Positions 39,271 to 52,913 of a stretch of DNA of 64,000 bases are shown here, in pieces. Each line of letters starts with the position of its first letter. Positions within the stretch are counted from its first letter, which is position 1. The DNA is taken from positions 116,498,001 to 116,562,000 of the forward strand of contig OX597823.1 in the NCBI GenBank assembly GCA_951406725.2. The letters are read 5' to 3'. This stretch comes from Octopus vulgaris. Taxonomy: Eukaryota. Position numbers and translations under genes: made by a program. The notes beneath the pieces are model-generated. The model ran no database searches. It was not told the DNA's origin and saw nothing but the letters and a program-made list of their open reading frames with translations.

Positions 39271-41221
39271 CATATTTGGTTATTTTATTTTACTTACTTA
39301 AGATACTGGGCATGTAGAAGTGGATTTTGTCACCATTGTTTTAGTGTGAGGTTTTAGAACACTAACTTTAGCTTAATTTATACCTTTTTTTTTTTTTTAC
39401 CATTTCTGTTGTTGGTTGTCCCTTGTCTTCATAACTACCAAAGAAGAACCAACACATTTTGTAGTTATTTGTATTAGGTTTCTATTATTCTAGACTAGAT
39501 ATTTCTGTAGTTACATATCAGAGGAATTCCAAAAGTTTTCAACTTACAGAAAGCCATACCTTTCTGTATTTAGGGTAAACATAATCTTCCTGTTTCAAAA
39601 TTTAGGTGATGCATTTTAAATATGGTTATTATTTAAAGGTGGTGGGCGTGTGCTCTGTTTAGTCTTGTTAATTTATTCAGTATCTAGCTTAAAATAATGT
39701 AATTATGAATCATTACAAGACAAGCTATGGTATTGATGCCTATCAGCTTTTTTTTTCCTTTACGTCTACTTTAAGTATTAATCCAACGTATCTGGATTTT
39801 CCCTTCCTAGCCTATACTTTCATTTCTGTGTTTTGTGTTCTATGCATTTCATTAAAGGTTAAGTTTTATCTCTGTTTCTGTATGTAACATGATGTTAGTT
39901 TTCTCAATTTTTCCCTGTTCAAAATTCTTATTTTTTCTCTACTTTACCAACCTGAATTATATGTTAGTTCCTCTAGTAAAACTGCTTGTAGCAGTGTTAA
40001 TCTTGTAGCAGTGTTAATGTGTACTTTATGTAGCAGTGTTTCTAGTTGTCTATACTTCTATTTAAGGTAAGGTTGTATAAGATATTTGAAGAGAAGCACA
40101 TTTTAGAGTTTGCTGTTTCTTTATATTTGGAGATTAAGTCAGTTTCCCCTCAGTGTGCCAGTCGTATATTTTTCTAGTTATTTTAACATGTTTTTGCTGG
40201 AATATTTCTTTGTTAAGTATTGTAGCTGAAAGTTTGGGATTTTATCATTTCCTACTGCCTTCCAGCTGATTACTTTTTATCTTTGCTATTACTCGAGTTG
40301 ACAATGTCTCCTGCAACTGCTGTTTGTTATTTTGAATAGTCTTCATTGTCAATCTTTTGCTGTCCGCAATTCTTCTCCCCAGAATTCTTCTACTTCTTTG
40401 GCTGCTGGTGTTACATCGATATCTATTTAACCTAAAACAATTTTATGAAGAACAAGAAAAAAATTAAAGTCAAACTGCTTTGTTCAAACAATTGTTGTTG
40501 CTTTTCATACCAACAAATTCTTTGTGATTAACGAGGATCTTTTGTTTCAGGCGTTCTTTGGTTTTATATATTTTTCTTTATTTGTTTAGCTGTATTTCTA
40601 TGGTATTTGTCTCTTTTTTTATTCAGAAAAATTTTTTTGTCAGTTGTGTCTTTTTATTATTATTGATTTAATTTAGATTCAAGAATCTAAATCATTTTAT
40701 TTATTTATTATCTTCTTACTGTATGTTTTATATATTTTTTGGTTGTGTTTTTATATTCCGACATGAGAAGATCTGAGACAACATCAACTTCCCTTTGTCA
40801 ACTATTACATATATTGTTTGGTTTATCTTAGTGATATGGAATATGTTTCCCTTCTGTGAAGTGCAGCAACGTATATGAAGTCTGTCGGGGCTAAGTTTAC
40901 ATGTTTAATTATTGTTGCTATTTATCTCCTCATTGGTCCTAAGGAAAATTTACTAATTATTCAAATTCCTTAACTATTTACACATTTCGATCATTGTCAT
41001 AATTTCTAGCTTTAGAATTATCCATTCTTCAACTTTTCTCAAATTCCTTTTCGTTTATATCTGTGTTTGTGTTAATCAAGTTTAGTTTTGATATGACAAA
41101 TTTTCTTTTGGCAATCAAGGTTTTTAGTTCATTTTGCATTTTTATTAATTTACTTGTGTGTTTTTGCACACGTTAGCTACTGTGTGTAATGATAGATAAA
41201 TCACTACCAAATACACAAGAA

Positions 41222-41600
41222 AGTGGTAAGTAGCTTGCTTACCAACCACATGGTTCCGGGTTCAGTCCCACTGCATGGCATCTTGCGCAAGAGTCTTCTA
41301 CTATAACCTCGGGCCAACCAAAGCCTTGTGAGTGGATTTGGTAGACGGAAACTGAAGGAAGCCCATCGTGTATATGTATATATATATGTGTGTGCGTGTT
41401 TATGTGTCTGTGTTTGTCCCCCCAACATCGCTTGACAACCGATGCTGGTGTGTTTACGTCTCCGTAACTTAGCGGTTTGGCAAAAAGAACTGATAGAATA
41501 AGTACTAGGCTTCCAAAGAATAAGTCCTGGGGTCGATTTGCTCGACTAAAGGCGGTGCTCCAGCATGGCCACAGTCAAATGACTGAAACAAGTAAAAGAG
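41222..41600 (+). mobile_element. SINE family A
   Basis: Near-consensus copy. Confidence 0.9.
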
Positions 41601-42197
41601 TATATAATTTGTCTTCTAAACCTTACTCAGGGCTTGAAATTCAATGTGCCACATGTTCATGCCGAGGCATCCACCAAATGACCGAATGTCTTTGATAGAT
41701 TGGTTGTTTCGCTCCTCAGCCCATATGAATATTGGCATTGTAACAGACATTGATGAAATCATGCATGAATAAAACATGAGTGCTTGAGCAGGATTCTGCT
41801 ACAAAATAAACATACCAAGGTTGATCCACTCTCATGAATATATATGCACACACCTTCTTGAGTGAGTAGAACATTTATATATACACGGCTTTCTCTAATT
41901 CTAATTCACATTAGATGCTGCATACATTATCAGTCAATTAGGACTGGTGATTTAGAAGTGCAGATTGGTCCGTTTGTGCCAAGCATAAATCATAGAAATA
42001 CATTGTTACATTTTCAGAATGCTCTCAAACAATAATAGAGATTATTTCAGTTAAATGTGTTTATTTAAATGCAACTGCAGGCAAAATTCCAAACAGTATT
42101 CATGAAAACCAACATGGAACTTATGTGCAAGTCAAAGGCTGAAGCTAAAATATTATAAACACAAAGTGGAATGAACTTACATAAAAGAATTCTTTAA

Positions 42198-42431
42198 TTC
42201 TTTTACTCATTTACATGTTTCAGTCATTTGACCACCACCTTTAAGGGTTTTAGTCAAAGAAATCGACCCAGGAATATCCTTTGTAAGCCTAGTATTTATT
42301 CTGTCAGTCCATTTTGCTAAACTGCTAAGTTACAGGGATGTAAACACACCAACATCTGTTGTCAAGCAATGGACAAACACAGACACAAAGACCTGTACAC
42401 ACACACACACATATATATATATGTGTGTGTA

Positions 42432-42479
<48 letters not shown>

Positions 42480-42690
42480 CATACATTTATATATATATAT
42501 ATACACATACATACATACATACATACACAATGGGTTTCTTTCAGTTTCCACCTACCAAATCCACTCACAAGGCTTTGGTTGCCCTGAGGCTATAGTAGGA
42601 GACACTTGCCCAAGGTGCTCCACAGTGGGACAGATCCCTGAACCATGTGGTTGAGGAGCAAGCTTCTTACCACACAGCCATACCTGCACC
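42198..42690 (-). mobile_element. SINE family A
   Basis: Head and tail motifs. Confidence 0.85.
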
Positions 42691-43210
42691 TATATACTGA
42701 ATATTTTCACAGCTCACATTCAGCACACATTACACTATGTGTATGCTCTCTGATATAATTTCGCTTTCTATATGTGGTGCTTGTTTCTTTATGAGTATAT
42801 GTCTTTATCAAATTAGCCAGTCAGTTGTGATCCAAAGTATAATTTCTCTCCAAATTTCGTCCAAGCTGAGTGTAAAATATTCATAGAAATGGTAAACATA
42901 TTCCTGTCATGTTCACTTAAGCATTTTCGATGCCATTTGTAAGAATTAAGGAGCACAGTTCTATCCTGTATCTAAATTATCATTTGCATCATGTACTACT
43001 TTCTGTTTCTAGCTTAGAAGAATTTTGCCCAGTCCATTTTTCATGCTTATTGTACATCAGATACAAGTTACATTCAACCCTGTTAACCTTTGGCTGAAGC
43101 ATAAACTAGTTTTCATTTGTATTGTTTGTTACTTTTTATGTGTGTAGAAGAGGCTGAATCTATCTGGTGTTAATTTGATCTGTACTCTGTTAGTCAGTGG
43201 ACACATAGAG

Positions 43211-43902
43211 AACTAGAAAAGCACTCGGAAAGTGCAGACCTCCACCGAGCAGTTCATTCCCACCCATATACATGCATGCTGAAAATCGCCCAATTTCCCA
43301 AACCCACGCTGGCAAAAATATAACCTCCTTGGCAGCGTTAAAAAAAAATAACACAGCCATGTGATTTTTTAAAAAAACCCTTTAAAAACAGGAATCATCT
43401 GAAGCACTTATAATACATCAATGACAACAGCAAGCTAGTTTCACAGCAGTGGTGGAGGGAGCAAAGCCTGAGATTTTTGAGTCAATCCTAATTGTCAAGG
43501 CTTGTCATGTCATCCTCCGCAGACCTCTACCAGGCAGCTTATTTTATGTTAGATACACGAGTAAAATTACTAATAGAGAAACGAAAATAAACTTTGGAAA
43601 CAGCAACGCCACCATAGTTTAAGTGGAAACGATGAACGTGTTTTCAGGGGAGATAATCAAAGAACATAACATTGTAATACTTCATGTAAAGTAAATATAA
43701 CAAAGGAAAAATCCTTCAAGAATCCATAAAATTCCTGGATCACTACCAAAATTTCATTATCTGTTCCTTGTTCCATTAACAACTTTTCCTGCAAGTTTCA
43801 TCAAATACCATTCACAACATTTTGAGTTATTTTGCCCACAGACAGACAGACAGACAAACCAACACTGATGAAGACATAACCTCCTTCCTTGGCGGAGGTA
43901 AC
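43211..43902 (-). mobile_element. Helentron-associated (HINE-like) element
   Basis: AACTAG-AAAAGCACTCGGAAAGTGC hairpin plus ACCTCCACCGAG; the other end is CTTGGCGGAGGTAA; (CAGA)n. Confidence 0.7.
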
Positions 43903-44250
43903 AATCATCATCAATATCATTATTATTGTCATAATTAAGGCAGTGAGCTGACAGACTAATTAGCATGCCAGACAAAATGCTTAGCTACATTTCTTCTGGC
44001 CCTAAGTTCTGAGTTCAAATTCTACCATGCTTCACTTCACCTTTCATCCGTTTGAGGGTCAATAAAATGAGCTCCACTCAAGCAATGGCGTTGATGCAAT
44101 CGACTAGCATCCATCCTACTCCCAAGATTCCAGGCCTTGTCCCTCTAGGATTGTTGTTATTGTTGTTGATGGTTTCAGAAACATGTCATCTTTCATGGAA
44201 TATGCTCTAAATCTTGGCAGAATGGTAAGTGCCATAAACTCGGGGCATAG

Positions 44251-44512
44251 CTCCTCCTCCTCCTCCTCCTCCTCCTTCTTCTTCTTCTTCTTCTTCTTCT
44301 TCTTCTTCTTCTTCTTCTTCTTCTTCTTCTTCTTCTTCTTCTTCTTCTTCTTCTTCTTCTTCTTCTTCTTCTTCTTCTTCTTCTTCTTCTTCTTCTTCTT
44401 CTTCTTCTTCTTCTTCTTCTTCTTCTTCTTCTTCTTCTTCTTCTTCTTCTTCTTCTTCTTCTTCTTCTTCTTCTTCTTCTTCTTCTTCTTCTTCTTCTTC
44501 TTCTTCTTCTTC
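44251..44512. repeat. (CTC)8 followed by about 79 uninterrupted CTT repeats
   Basis: Direct inspection. Confidence 0.95.
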
Positions 44513-44518
44513 ATTTAA

Positions 44519-44740
44519 CCATTTTGTTATCATACTTCTGCTGAGATGCTCTGTGTTTCTTTCAATTAATTTTAAATATAACAAAGAATTTAGTAAAATA
44601 TCTTAGTTATCATTAAGCCAGTGTTAGGAACATAAATTGTGATTAAGGTTTGGTGGAAGATTTTAATTCAAAACTTGTGAAAACAAGACATTTGTAGTAC
44701 AGAGCCAGAGGGGGTTTAAGGCGGGTGAGTATCAAAAGGG
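44519..44740. mobile_element. piggyBac-type MITE
   Basis: TTAA|CCATTTTGTTA ... TATCAAAAGGG|TTAA. Confidence 0.65.
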
Positions 44741-44747
44741 TTAATAA

Positions 44748-45148
44748 GTGCAGGAGTGGCTGTGTGGTAAGTAGCTTGCTAACCAACCACATGGTTCCAG
44801 GTTCAGTCCCACTGCGTGGCATCTTGGGCAAGTGTCTTCTGCTATAGCCCCAGGCCGACCAATGCCTTGTGAGTGGATTTGGTAGACGGAAACTGAAAGA
44901 AGCCTGTCGTATATATGTATATATATATATGTGTGTGTGTGTTTGTGTTTGTCCCCCTAGCATTGCTTGACAACCGATACTGGTGTGTTTACGTCCCCAT
45001 CACTTAGCGGTTCGGCAAAAGAGACCGATAGAATAAGTACTGGGCTTACAAAGAATAAGTCCCGGGGTTGATTTGCTCGACTACAGGTGGTGTTCCAGCA
45101 TGGCCGCAGTCAAATGACTGAAACAAGTAAAAGAGTAAAAGAGAGAGA
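44748..45148 (+). mobile_element. SINE family A, young copy
   Basis: Near-consensus, retains CpGs. Confidence 0.9.
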
Positions 45149-45844
45149 GTTCATTTTCCGTGCTGACATGGGTTGGACCTAATGAATGTTTTAAGTTTTT
45201 CTCAGAATTCTTCGACTTCCCTGATATGATACCAAGAAGAAAGTGCTTACAACTATATAGAAAAAAATATGTCTTAAAACACAGAGGGAGCTAATTTGCA
45301 TATTGTTGTTCATTTGGAAAATTAATAAATCATTTCATTATTAAAACCCCAGGGGTTCAGGATGTAAAGCTGATACACTAACAGTGCTGTTAGTTTGATA
45401 CTCGTACCACACAGGGAAATCCTGGATTATATTCCCTGAGTTACTTACCACAGCCCGGTTATATATGTGTTTCAACACACATGCTCATACACTTTGGTGT
45501 GCTAATCTCCTGTTGTGTTTCGGTTGTCTTCTCAATTTTGTAACAGTTATCAAACCTATATCAATATTCAAATTAGGCCACCTGTGGGAATCTAGAAAGA
45601 AATTTTTTTCTTCTGTAGCCATCAGGTGTTATGTATTTTTTCTTAGTATCAAGGGGACCAATGTTTCTTGAACTTTGAGGAGAACTTCAAAAACATTAGA
45701 AAGTGTAAGCTGTCAGTTTGCTATTCGGAGCAGATATTTTGCTATGTACACCAAAAAAAAAAAAATGTTGGTATACAAAGCAAAATGTTTGGATATCTTT
45801 ATATATATATATTTCACATGAATTTTATATTTGCATTAAACATT

Positions 45845-45939
<95 letters not shown>

Positions 45940-46289
45940 ATTTCAGTGTTCTGAATTTCCCTATTTAATTTCATACTTTAGCACACACACACACACACAC
46001 ACATGATGTACATATTTTCTGTTTTCTCTTTCATTCTATCCTATGTATATCTAAATCAGTTTCTCTATTCTACTCTTCCATCTCTCTTTCTCTCTCTCTC
46101 TTTCTCTCCCCCCTCTCTTTGTCTCCCCCTCTCCCCCTCTCTCTTATTAAACCAATCATTACAGCAATTATCTTCCAATTCAACAATCTTCAGAACAAGG
46201 ACAAAATAATTTCCATTACAGTCTCCCTCAATAGAAATTGCCATGTTTCCTTACCACTTTCTTCTACATCATTCCCTTCCTCAGAGTTA

Positions 46290-46630
46290 ATTTATGAGAG
46301 TGATGGAGTCGGCAGTGGTGGGCATGAGAGGAATCATATGTATTGCGCAAGAAGGAAGGTTGCACTGGTACAGGCATGTTATCCTTATAGAAGGTGACAT
46401 TTATATAAAGCAGAAGATACCCAGAAAGATGTGAGATGACAGATTGAAGACTTATCTCTGGATATTGAGACACATGCAGGGATGATAAGGGACTGGGCAG
46501 ATTGGTGATAAACAGGGCTGAAGAAAATCCCATCACCGGTAGAAATGTGGTGAAGTGAAAGTTGAGATGGTGTCAGTGAATGGTGTCAAGTCTAAAGAAA
46601 TGAATGCATGAACTAAGACCCACATGATGT
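46290..46630 (+). mobile_element. RTE LINE 3' fragment
   Basis: GMRGIICIAQEGRLHWYRHVILIEG. Confidence 0.65.
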
Positions 46631-47029
46631 CCATAGATATTGTGGATTGTATCATAATCATCCCAAGAATATGGACTATGATCATAAGAAACATGATTTG
46701 TGGAAACGTGCGTAACAAATCATTAAAATATTTATAGATTCCATTCATCGATTATTATCATTATTACTATATTTATGTGTATATATATATATATATATAT
46801 AGAACTTGGGTATACATTGAGTTTATAGAGCAAGGTACCTTTCAAAAAGTCACCTGGTGACACTCATCTGCATCAAAGGACGCACCACAACCAGTGGTAC
46901 AGTATCTCACCCATGTGGTACCAATTCGACATGGGTTGAAACAATTGTTGTCGTTAATAAAGAATCTCATGAATTCCATTTTCTGTTTCTCTCATTTATA
47001 ATGTCTTCCTTTCTTTGGACTTTTTCTAT

Positions 47030-47064
47030 ATTTCTGATGAAGAGCTCTGCTCAAAATGTGAAAT
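47030..47064 (+). ncRNA. Minimal hammerhead motif, decayed (GAAA>AAAA)
   Basis: ATTT-CTGATGA-A-GAGC TCT GCTC-AAAA-TG-TG-AAAT; host insert homologous to 58330-58490. Confidence 0.55.
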
Positions 47065-47173
47065 CCCCTTTCTTTTCTTTCCTTTCCTGAACACAGTACA
47101 AGTTCCATTGTTGTTTTTGTTTTTGTTTTTGTTTTTGCTTGTTCTTGTTTAGATTACCTATATACATATATAT

Positions 47174-47234
<61 letters not shown>

Positions 47235-47343
47235 ATATAATATATATATATATATATAGTTGTGTTTAACATGAATGAATAAAAATTTAAAAAAAATATA
47301 TATATTATTATTATATATATATATAATAACAATAATAATAACA

Positions 47344-47749
47344 ATAATATCCAAACTTACAAGGAAAAATTAGATTTAGGATTAAATCAAATTTCACAGT
47401 ATAAATATAAATTAAATTAGAGATAAAACCACTATTAGGCAACTCAAACAGTGATAGACATAAACAAAAACATAAAAAACAAAAAAAAATAAATATAATT
47501 AATATAATATACAATATATATATAAAATATAAAATTTTAAATTTAAATTATTGAAATTTAAAATTTTTAAATTTATATTTATAAATTTTTAAATTTTTTA
47601 TTTTTTAAACTTTTTTCAATGTTTTGGTTAATGTCTATCACTGTTTGAGTTGCCTAATAGTTGTTTTATCTCTAATTTAATTTATATTTATACTGTGAAA
47701 TTTGATTTAATCCTAAATCTAATTTTTCCTTGTAAGTTTGGATTATTAT

Positions 47750-47755
<6 letters not shown>
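47344..47755. repeat. Fold-back element with ~135-bp inverted arms
   Basis: atccaaacttacaaggaaaaattagattt...gatagacat versus atgtctatc...ccttgtaagtttggat; shares ttaaattagagataaaaccactattaggcaa with the 12041 element. Confidence 0.85.
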
Positions 47756-47791
<36 letters not shown>

Positions 47792-47794
<3 letters not shown>

Positions 47795-48039
47795 GGCTAA
47801 AATATTGGCTACATATTTCATAGCAAGCAGAACTTTGGAAGTGGTAAATATCCAAGTGAGGCTTCTCTTCAGGCCAGGAGTATCATGATTAAATGAAAAT
47901 TTTATAGTCATGAGATGGCCCATGTTAACACATGGAGGATTCTGATCAAATCCTCCATGTGTTAACATGGGTATATACCTCACTTGGATATTTACCACTT
48001 CTGAAGTTCCAAAACATATGTAGCCTGGATTTTATCCAC
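47792..48039. mobile_element. MITE-like nested palindrome
   Basis: Three nested inverted segments; inner 23-bp perfect stem cccatgttaacacatggaggatt/aatcctccatgtgttaacatggg. Confidence 0.7.
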
Positions 48040-48442
48040 TTCATTCCTTAACTCTTGAATTTTTATTCATATACCTGGGAACCATGGCTGCCTACTGTAA
48101 AATATAAAATAATTTAAAATAGAAGTATTGTGCCGGTTTCTGCCTTGCCAGCTCCTGTCAAACCATCCAACCCATGCCAGCATGGAAGGAGGACATTAAA
48201 CAATGGTGATGATGATGATGATGATGGTGATGAGCTGCTAGCAGTTTTGAACAAGTCAGAGTGTTGGAGTCTCACTCATCATCCAATGAGATGCAAAAAC
48301 AAAAAGAAAAGGAAAACAACAAAACCTTATTTAAAAGCTATGATTGTTTCATGACTCAGATTTGAAGGCTCAAAAGATCAGATGTGCCTTTCACAATTAC
48401 AAGTCAAGCTGTTTATTCATGCACGCATATAATGTGTGTGCA

Positions 48443-48490
<48 letters not shown>

Positions 48491-48921
48491 TCTTTTTACA
48501 TCCATTTTTCCATGTTTGCATGTCTTTGACGAATACGCTATTTGAGGCATTGTTTAACAACCAAACACCCTTGTGTGTCGTTCTTGTAAGGAATCATTTA
48601 TTTCACCTAGGCTTCAAGGCACAAATTACCTGAATGATTTATTGATAGGCAAAAACTGACAACAACAACACCCAAGACACTTTTATGTAACCAATTGCAG
48701 ATGTAAGCACACACTTGCAAGCAACCACAAACACACGTATATGTATTGAATGCTCTTCTTTCAGTTTCTGTGTACCAAACCCATTCACAAGGCTGTGACT
48801 TGTGCAAGGGCCATAGTAGAAGACCCAGGCTACATCACAGAGGGGACTGAATCTGAACTCACATCGATGGGGAGATAATTTCTAAGTCAGACAACAATGC
48901 CTTTGCTTATGTGTGTGAGTG

Positions 48922-48979
<58 letters not shown>

Positions 48980-49191
48980 CTCTTACTCCTTTACTTGTTT
49001 CAGTCATTTGACTGCGGCCATGCTGGAGCACTACCTTTTAATCGTGCAAATCGCCCCCAGAACTTATTTTTTGTAAGCCTAGTACTTATTCTATTGGTCT
49101 CTTATGCCGAACCACTAAGTTACGGGGACGTAAACACACCAACATCGGTTGTCAAGTGATGTTGGGGGAATGAACACAGACATATATATAC

Positions 49192-49251
<60 letters not shown>

Positions 49252-49505
49252 GGGCTCCTAAATAAGGATGCCAAGTGCTAGGGGCACAGAAAAAGAATAG
49301 ATTTATCGATAGATTTATATATATATATATATATATACATATGTACGAAGGGCTTCTTTCAGTTTCCGTCTACCAAATCCACTCACAAAGCTTTGGTCAG
49401 TCTGAGGCTATAGTAGAAGACACTTGCCCAAGGTTCCATGCAGTGGAACTGAACCCAGAAACATGTGGTTGGTAAGCAAGCTACTTACCACACAGCCACA
49501 CCTGC
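48980..49505 (-). mobile_element. SINE family A with a ~65-bp foreign insert in its TA tract
   Basis: Head and tail motifs; insert at ~49247-49315. Confidence 0.85.
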
Positions 49506-49644
49506 ATGCAAGTGTGTGCTTACATCTGCTATTGGTTATATATATGCATACAAGTACATCTCTCTCTCTTTTTCTCTCTCTCTCTCTGTATATATATGTA
49601 AATGTATATGTATATATATATATAATGTGTGTATATGTATATAT

Positions 49645-50615
49645 CATCATCATCATCGTCATCATTGTTTAATGTCCATCTTACAGCCAGCCAGGTAGAA
49701 AATCTACCCAAGGCTACTGTGTCTGTTTTGGCAGGGTTTTTATAGCTGGATGTCCTTCCTCACACCAGCCAGTCTGCAGAGTGGACTCTGTGCTTTTTAC
49801 ATGACACTAGCACAGGAAAAGTTAGTTTTGGCAAGATTTTTACCGCTGGATGCCCTTCAAGATGCCAACCATGTTACGGTGTGGACTGGATGCCTTTAAC
49901 GTGGCACCAGCACTGGCAGGGTAACCAAGTAACTCACAAGACAAAGAGAGGCAGAAATAGGTATCTTGCTGTAGAGGAGGTACGTGGTTACTCAGTGAAC
50001 AAGAGAGAGAGAGAGAGAGAGAGAGGAGATAGAGTGTGAGAGAGAGGTACAGAAAGGGGTAAGAAACAAGTGTGCTGATGTAAAGGTGATACTTGGTTAC
50101 CTAGTCCGAAGGAAAACAAGAGAAGGAGAGAGAGAGAGAGAGTAAGAAGCAGCAAAAGTGTGAGAGAGAGCAGAAGAGTGTTGGTGTAGTGCTAGAGTAT
50201 ACTCACAAGTAACAAGAATATGAGTGTAGAACCTGGTTAGAAAAATGGAGAGTAGGTGTGGTGGGGAGCAGTGATACAGGGAGCAGGGCAGTGAGGGCAA
50301 GAAAGGGGATTGGAAAACAATCATAATGGATGAAGAGAAAATATGAGGAAGAGAAAGATGCAATTAGAAGAGGAGTTGTAGTTTGATTTCTTAGGGTAGG
50401 GTGGGTGAAAAGTGTGTTGTTACATGTGGGTGGGACACAACTCTTCAGTTTCCTGGACGGGTCTTCCCTAGGATCTCATATTGCCAAACATCTCAGTCTA
50501 CTGTCATTTTCTCCGTGAGCCCCAACATCCTAAGATCGGTCCTCATAACTTCATCCCATGTCTTTCTGGGTCTCCCGCTTCTACACATACCATCCACTTT
50601 CAATGACAGGTACTC
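49645..50615 (-). mobile_element. RTE LINE 3' end with 3' UTR
   Basis: Reverse complement LSLKVDGMCRSGRPRKTWDEVMRTDLRMLGLTEKMT, followed by a CT-rich UTR and a family C-type tail. Confidence 0.75.
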
Positions 50616-51057
50616 CTGAATACATATATATCCCTACACATATATGTATGTATGTATACAGATAAAGTGCTTGTGTGTGTGTGTGTGTTTTGAGTACAAT
50701 GTACTCACTGACTTAATATTGTTATTTTTCTAACCTTCCAGTTCCTTTTGATGTAGAAATAGTTGCAGCTGAATGTTAGATAAAAAAAAAGATATTGTTT
50801 GTAATTTTCTGTAAAAAGAGGCTGATTTTATAGATAAACCCATTATCACATATGAACACACACACACATTGGTGTTTATTATCTTGAAAGTTGTGTGTGT
50901 GTTTAAAACAAACCAAAATGGTTGAACAAGTTTTAATTTTATTTACCCTCTCAAACTGAAAGATGAAAGTTTCTTCTCAGCCTAACTAGAAAAATATTTA
51001 GTTGGATGTTTGTTATCTACCTGGTATTTACCTAGTTATACAGAAGCAGATAATCTT

Positions 51058-51262
51058 CTACCCACAATCAACAAGGACAGACAAAGAGATTAAGTCAATT
51101 ACATCGACCCCTGTGTGTAACTGGTACTTAATTTATCGACTCCAAAAGGATGAAAGGCAAAGTCGACCTCAGCAGAATTTGAACTCAGAACATAAATACA
51201 GACGAAATACCGCTAAGCATTTCGCCCGGCGTGCTAACATTTCTGCCAGCTCCTCACCGCCT
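51058..51262 (-). mobile_element. SINE family B
   Basis: Homology to other copies. Confidence 0.85.
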
Positions 51263-51515
51263 TTCCACAAGGCTAACACCTGATCCACAAACACCTTGAG
51301 AAAATCTCTGCTGTCTTTACAGCCTGTCTGATATCCTTCTGCTTACTGGCATGTGTTGTAAGCTCTGTAAAGGGACTAGTCTGCAAACCCTCTACATCTC
51401 ACCTCAATTTGTTTACATCTCAATCGCCAATCATTGTTTTGGCATAACTTCACTGGGTAAAGGCCTCGCTTCAGTCATGAATGCATATTACAATTAATAT
51501 GCTGGTATAATGTAC

Positions 51516-51747
51516 AGGCAGCGAGCTGGCAGAATCGTTAGCACGCTGGGTGAAATGCGTAGCCGTATTTCGTCTGCCGTTACGTTCTGAGTTCGAATTC
51601 CGCCGAGGTCAACTTTGCCTTTCATCCTTTCGGGGTCAATAAATTAAGTACTAGTTATGCATTGGAGTCGATATAATCGACTTAATCCGTCTGTCTGTCC
51701 TTGTTTGTCCTCTCTGTGTTTAGCCCCTTGTGGGTAGTAAAGAAATA
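51516..51747 (+). mobile_element. SINE family B with 12-bp TSD ggtataatgtac
   Basis: TSD at 51504-51515 and 51748-51759. Confidence 0.9.
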
Positions 51748-51774
51748 GGTATAATGTACTGGTATACATTAAAA

Positions 51775-52108
51775 GATCCCCTTCAGTCATGAACAACCTT
51801 AGGATTGCACCTAGAAAGTTCCCCTCCAATGCACAAGTCCAGGCAAGGTTGTTTATGGAAGGCCAGCAGTCATCCACGCATAAAAGCCTCTCCTCTCCAT
51901 GCCACCGATATTATCCAAGGGAAAGGTAAAGGCCAGTAAAGCTTGGCACCAGTGATGTTGTATCTCATTTCTACTGCTGACCAGACTGGAGCAACATGAA
52001 TTAAAGTGTCTTGCCAAGAAACACAACACAGAGCCTGGTTAGAGAATTGAACTCACTACTTCATGATTGTGAGCCCAGCACCCTAACCACTGAGCCATAT
52101 GCCTTCAC
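51775..52108 (-). mobile_element. SINE family E
   Basis: Homology to 14135 and 19945. Confidence 0.8.
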
Positions 52109-52548
52109 CATAATTTCACAAACTCAGCATATTTCCTCATCTTACTCTCATTTGCTTCCTTAATACAGTTCTCTCACGAAATGGAAAGTTCTAAGAGAAC
52201 CTCCTTAAATACTATTTTCATGGTGAAACAACATACATATTTCAAAACGCATGCACTTTAGTGTGTGTCTATCTGCCTGTATGTGTGCACATATGCATTT
52301 GTGCATGTGTGCATGCACGCATGTGTGTGTGTGTGTGTTTGTGTGTGCATGTGTGTATGTGAGTGTACATGTATGTGTGTGTGTGTATGTGCACTCCTTT
52401 AGTTTTATCATTTCTTATTTTTCAAATTTCCTTAAAAGTTCCAAGACATTTTTGTTAAACCACAAAATTCTAGCCCCAAACGTCAATGTTTCTAAACTGT
52501 TGCAATGTCATCTTCAAGACTGGCTGTGTGGTAAGTAGCTTGCTTACC

Positions 52549-52680
52549 AACCCCTCTACATCTCACCTCAATTTGTTCACATCTCAATCGCCAATCATTG
52601 ATTTGGCATAACTTCACTGGGTAAAGGCCTCGCTTCAGTCATGAATGCATATTACAATTAATATGCTGGTATAATGTACT
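52549..52680 (+). repeat. Direct duplicate of 51386-51515
   Basis: About 130 bp with about 2 substitutions. Confidence 0.9.
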
Positions 52681-52913
52681 GGCGGCGAGCTGGCAGAATC
52701 ATTAGCACGCCGGGTGAAATGCTTAGCGGTATTTCGTCTGCTGTTACATTCTGAGTTCAAATTCCGCCAAGGTCGACTTTGCCTTTCATCCTTTTGAGGT
52801 CAATAAATTAAGTACCAGTTATGCACCGGGATCGATGTAATCAACTTAATCCCTTTGTCTGTCCTTGTTTGTCCCCTCTATATTTAGCCCCTTGTGGGCA
52901 ATAAAGAAATAAG
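52681..52913 (+). mobile_element. SINE family B
   Basis: Homology to other copies. Confidence 0.9.

Noticed and set aside
44116-44584. Poly-K/E/F ORFs
   Set aside because: Translations of the (CTT)n repeat
46909-46953. ACCCATGT..ACATGGGT-T-GAAACAATTGTT half-hammerhead
   Set aside because: No adjacent CUGANGA-type core; at best a truncated remnant
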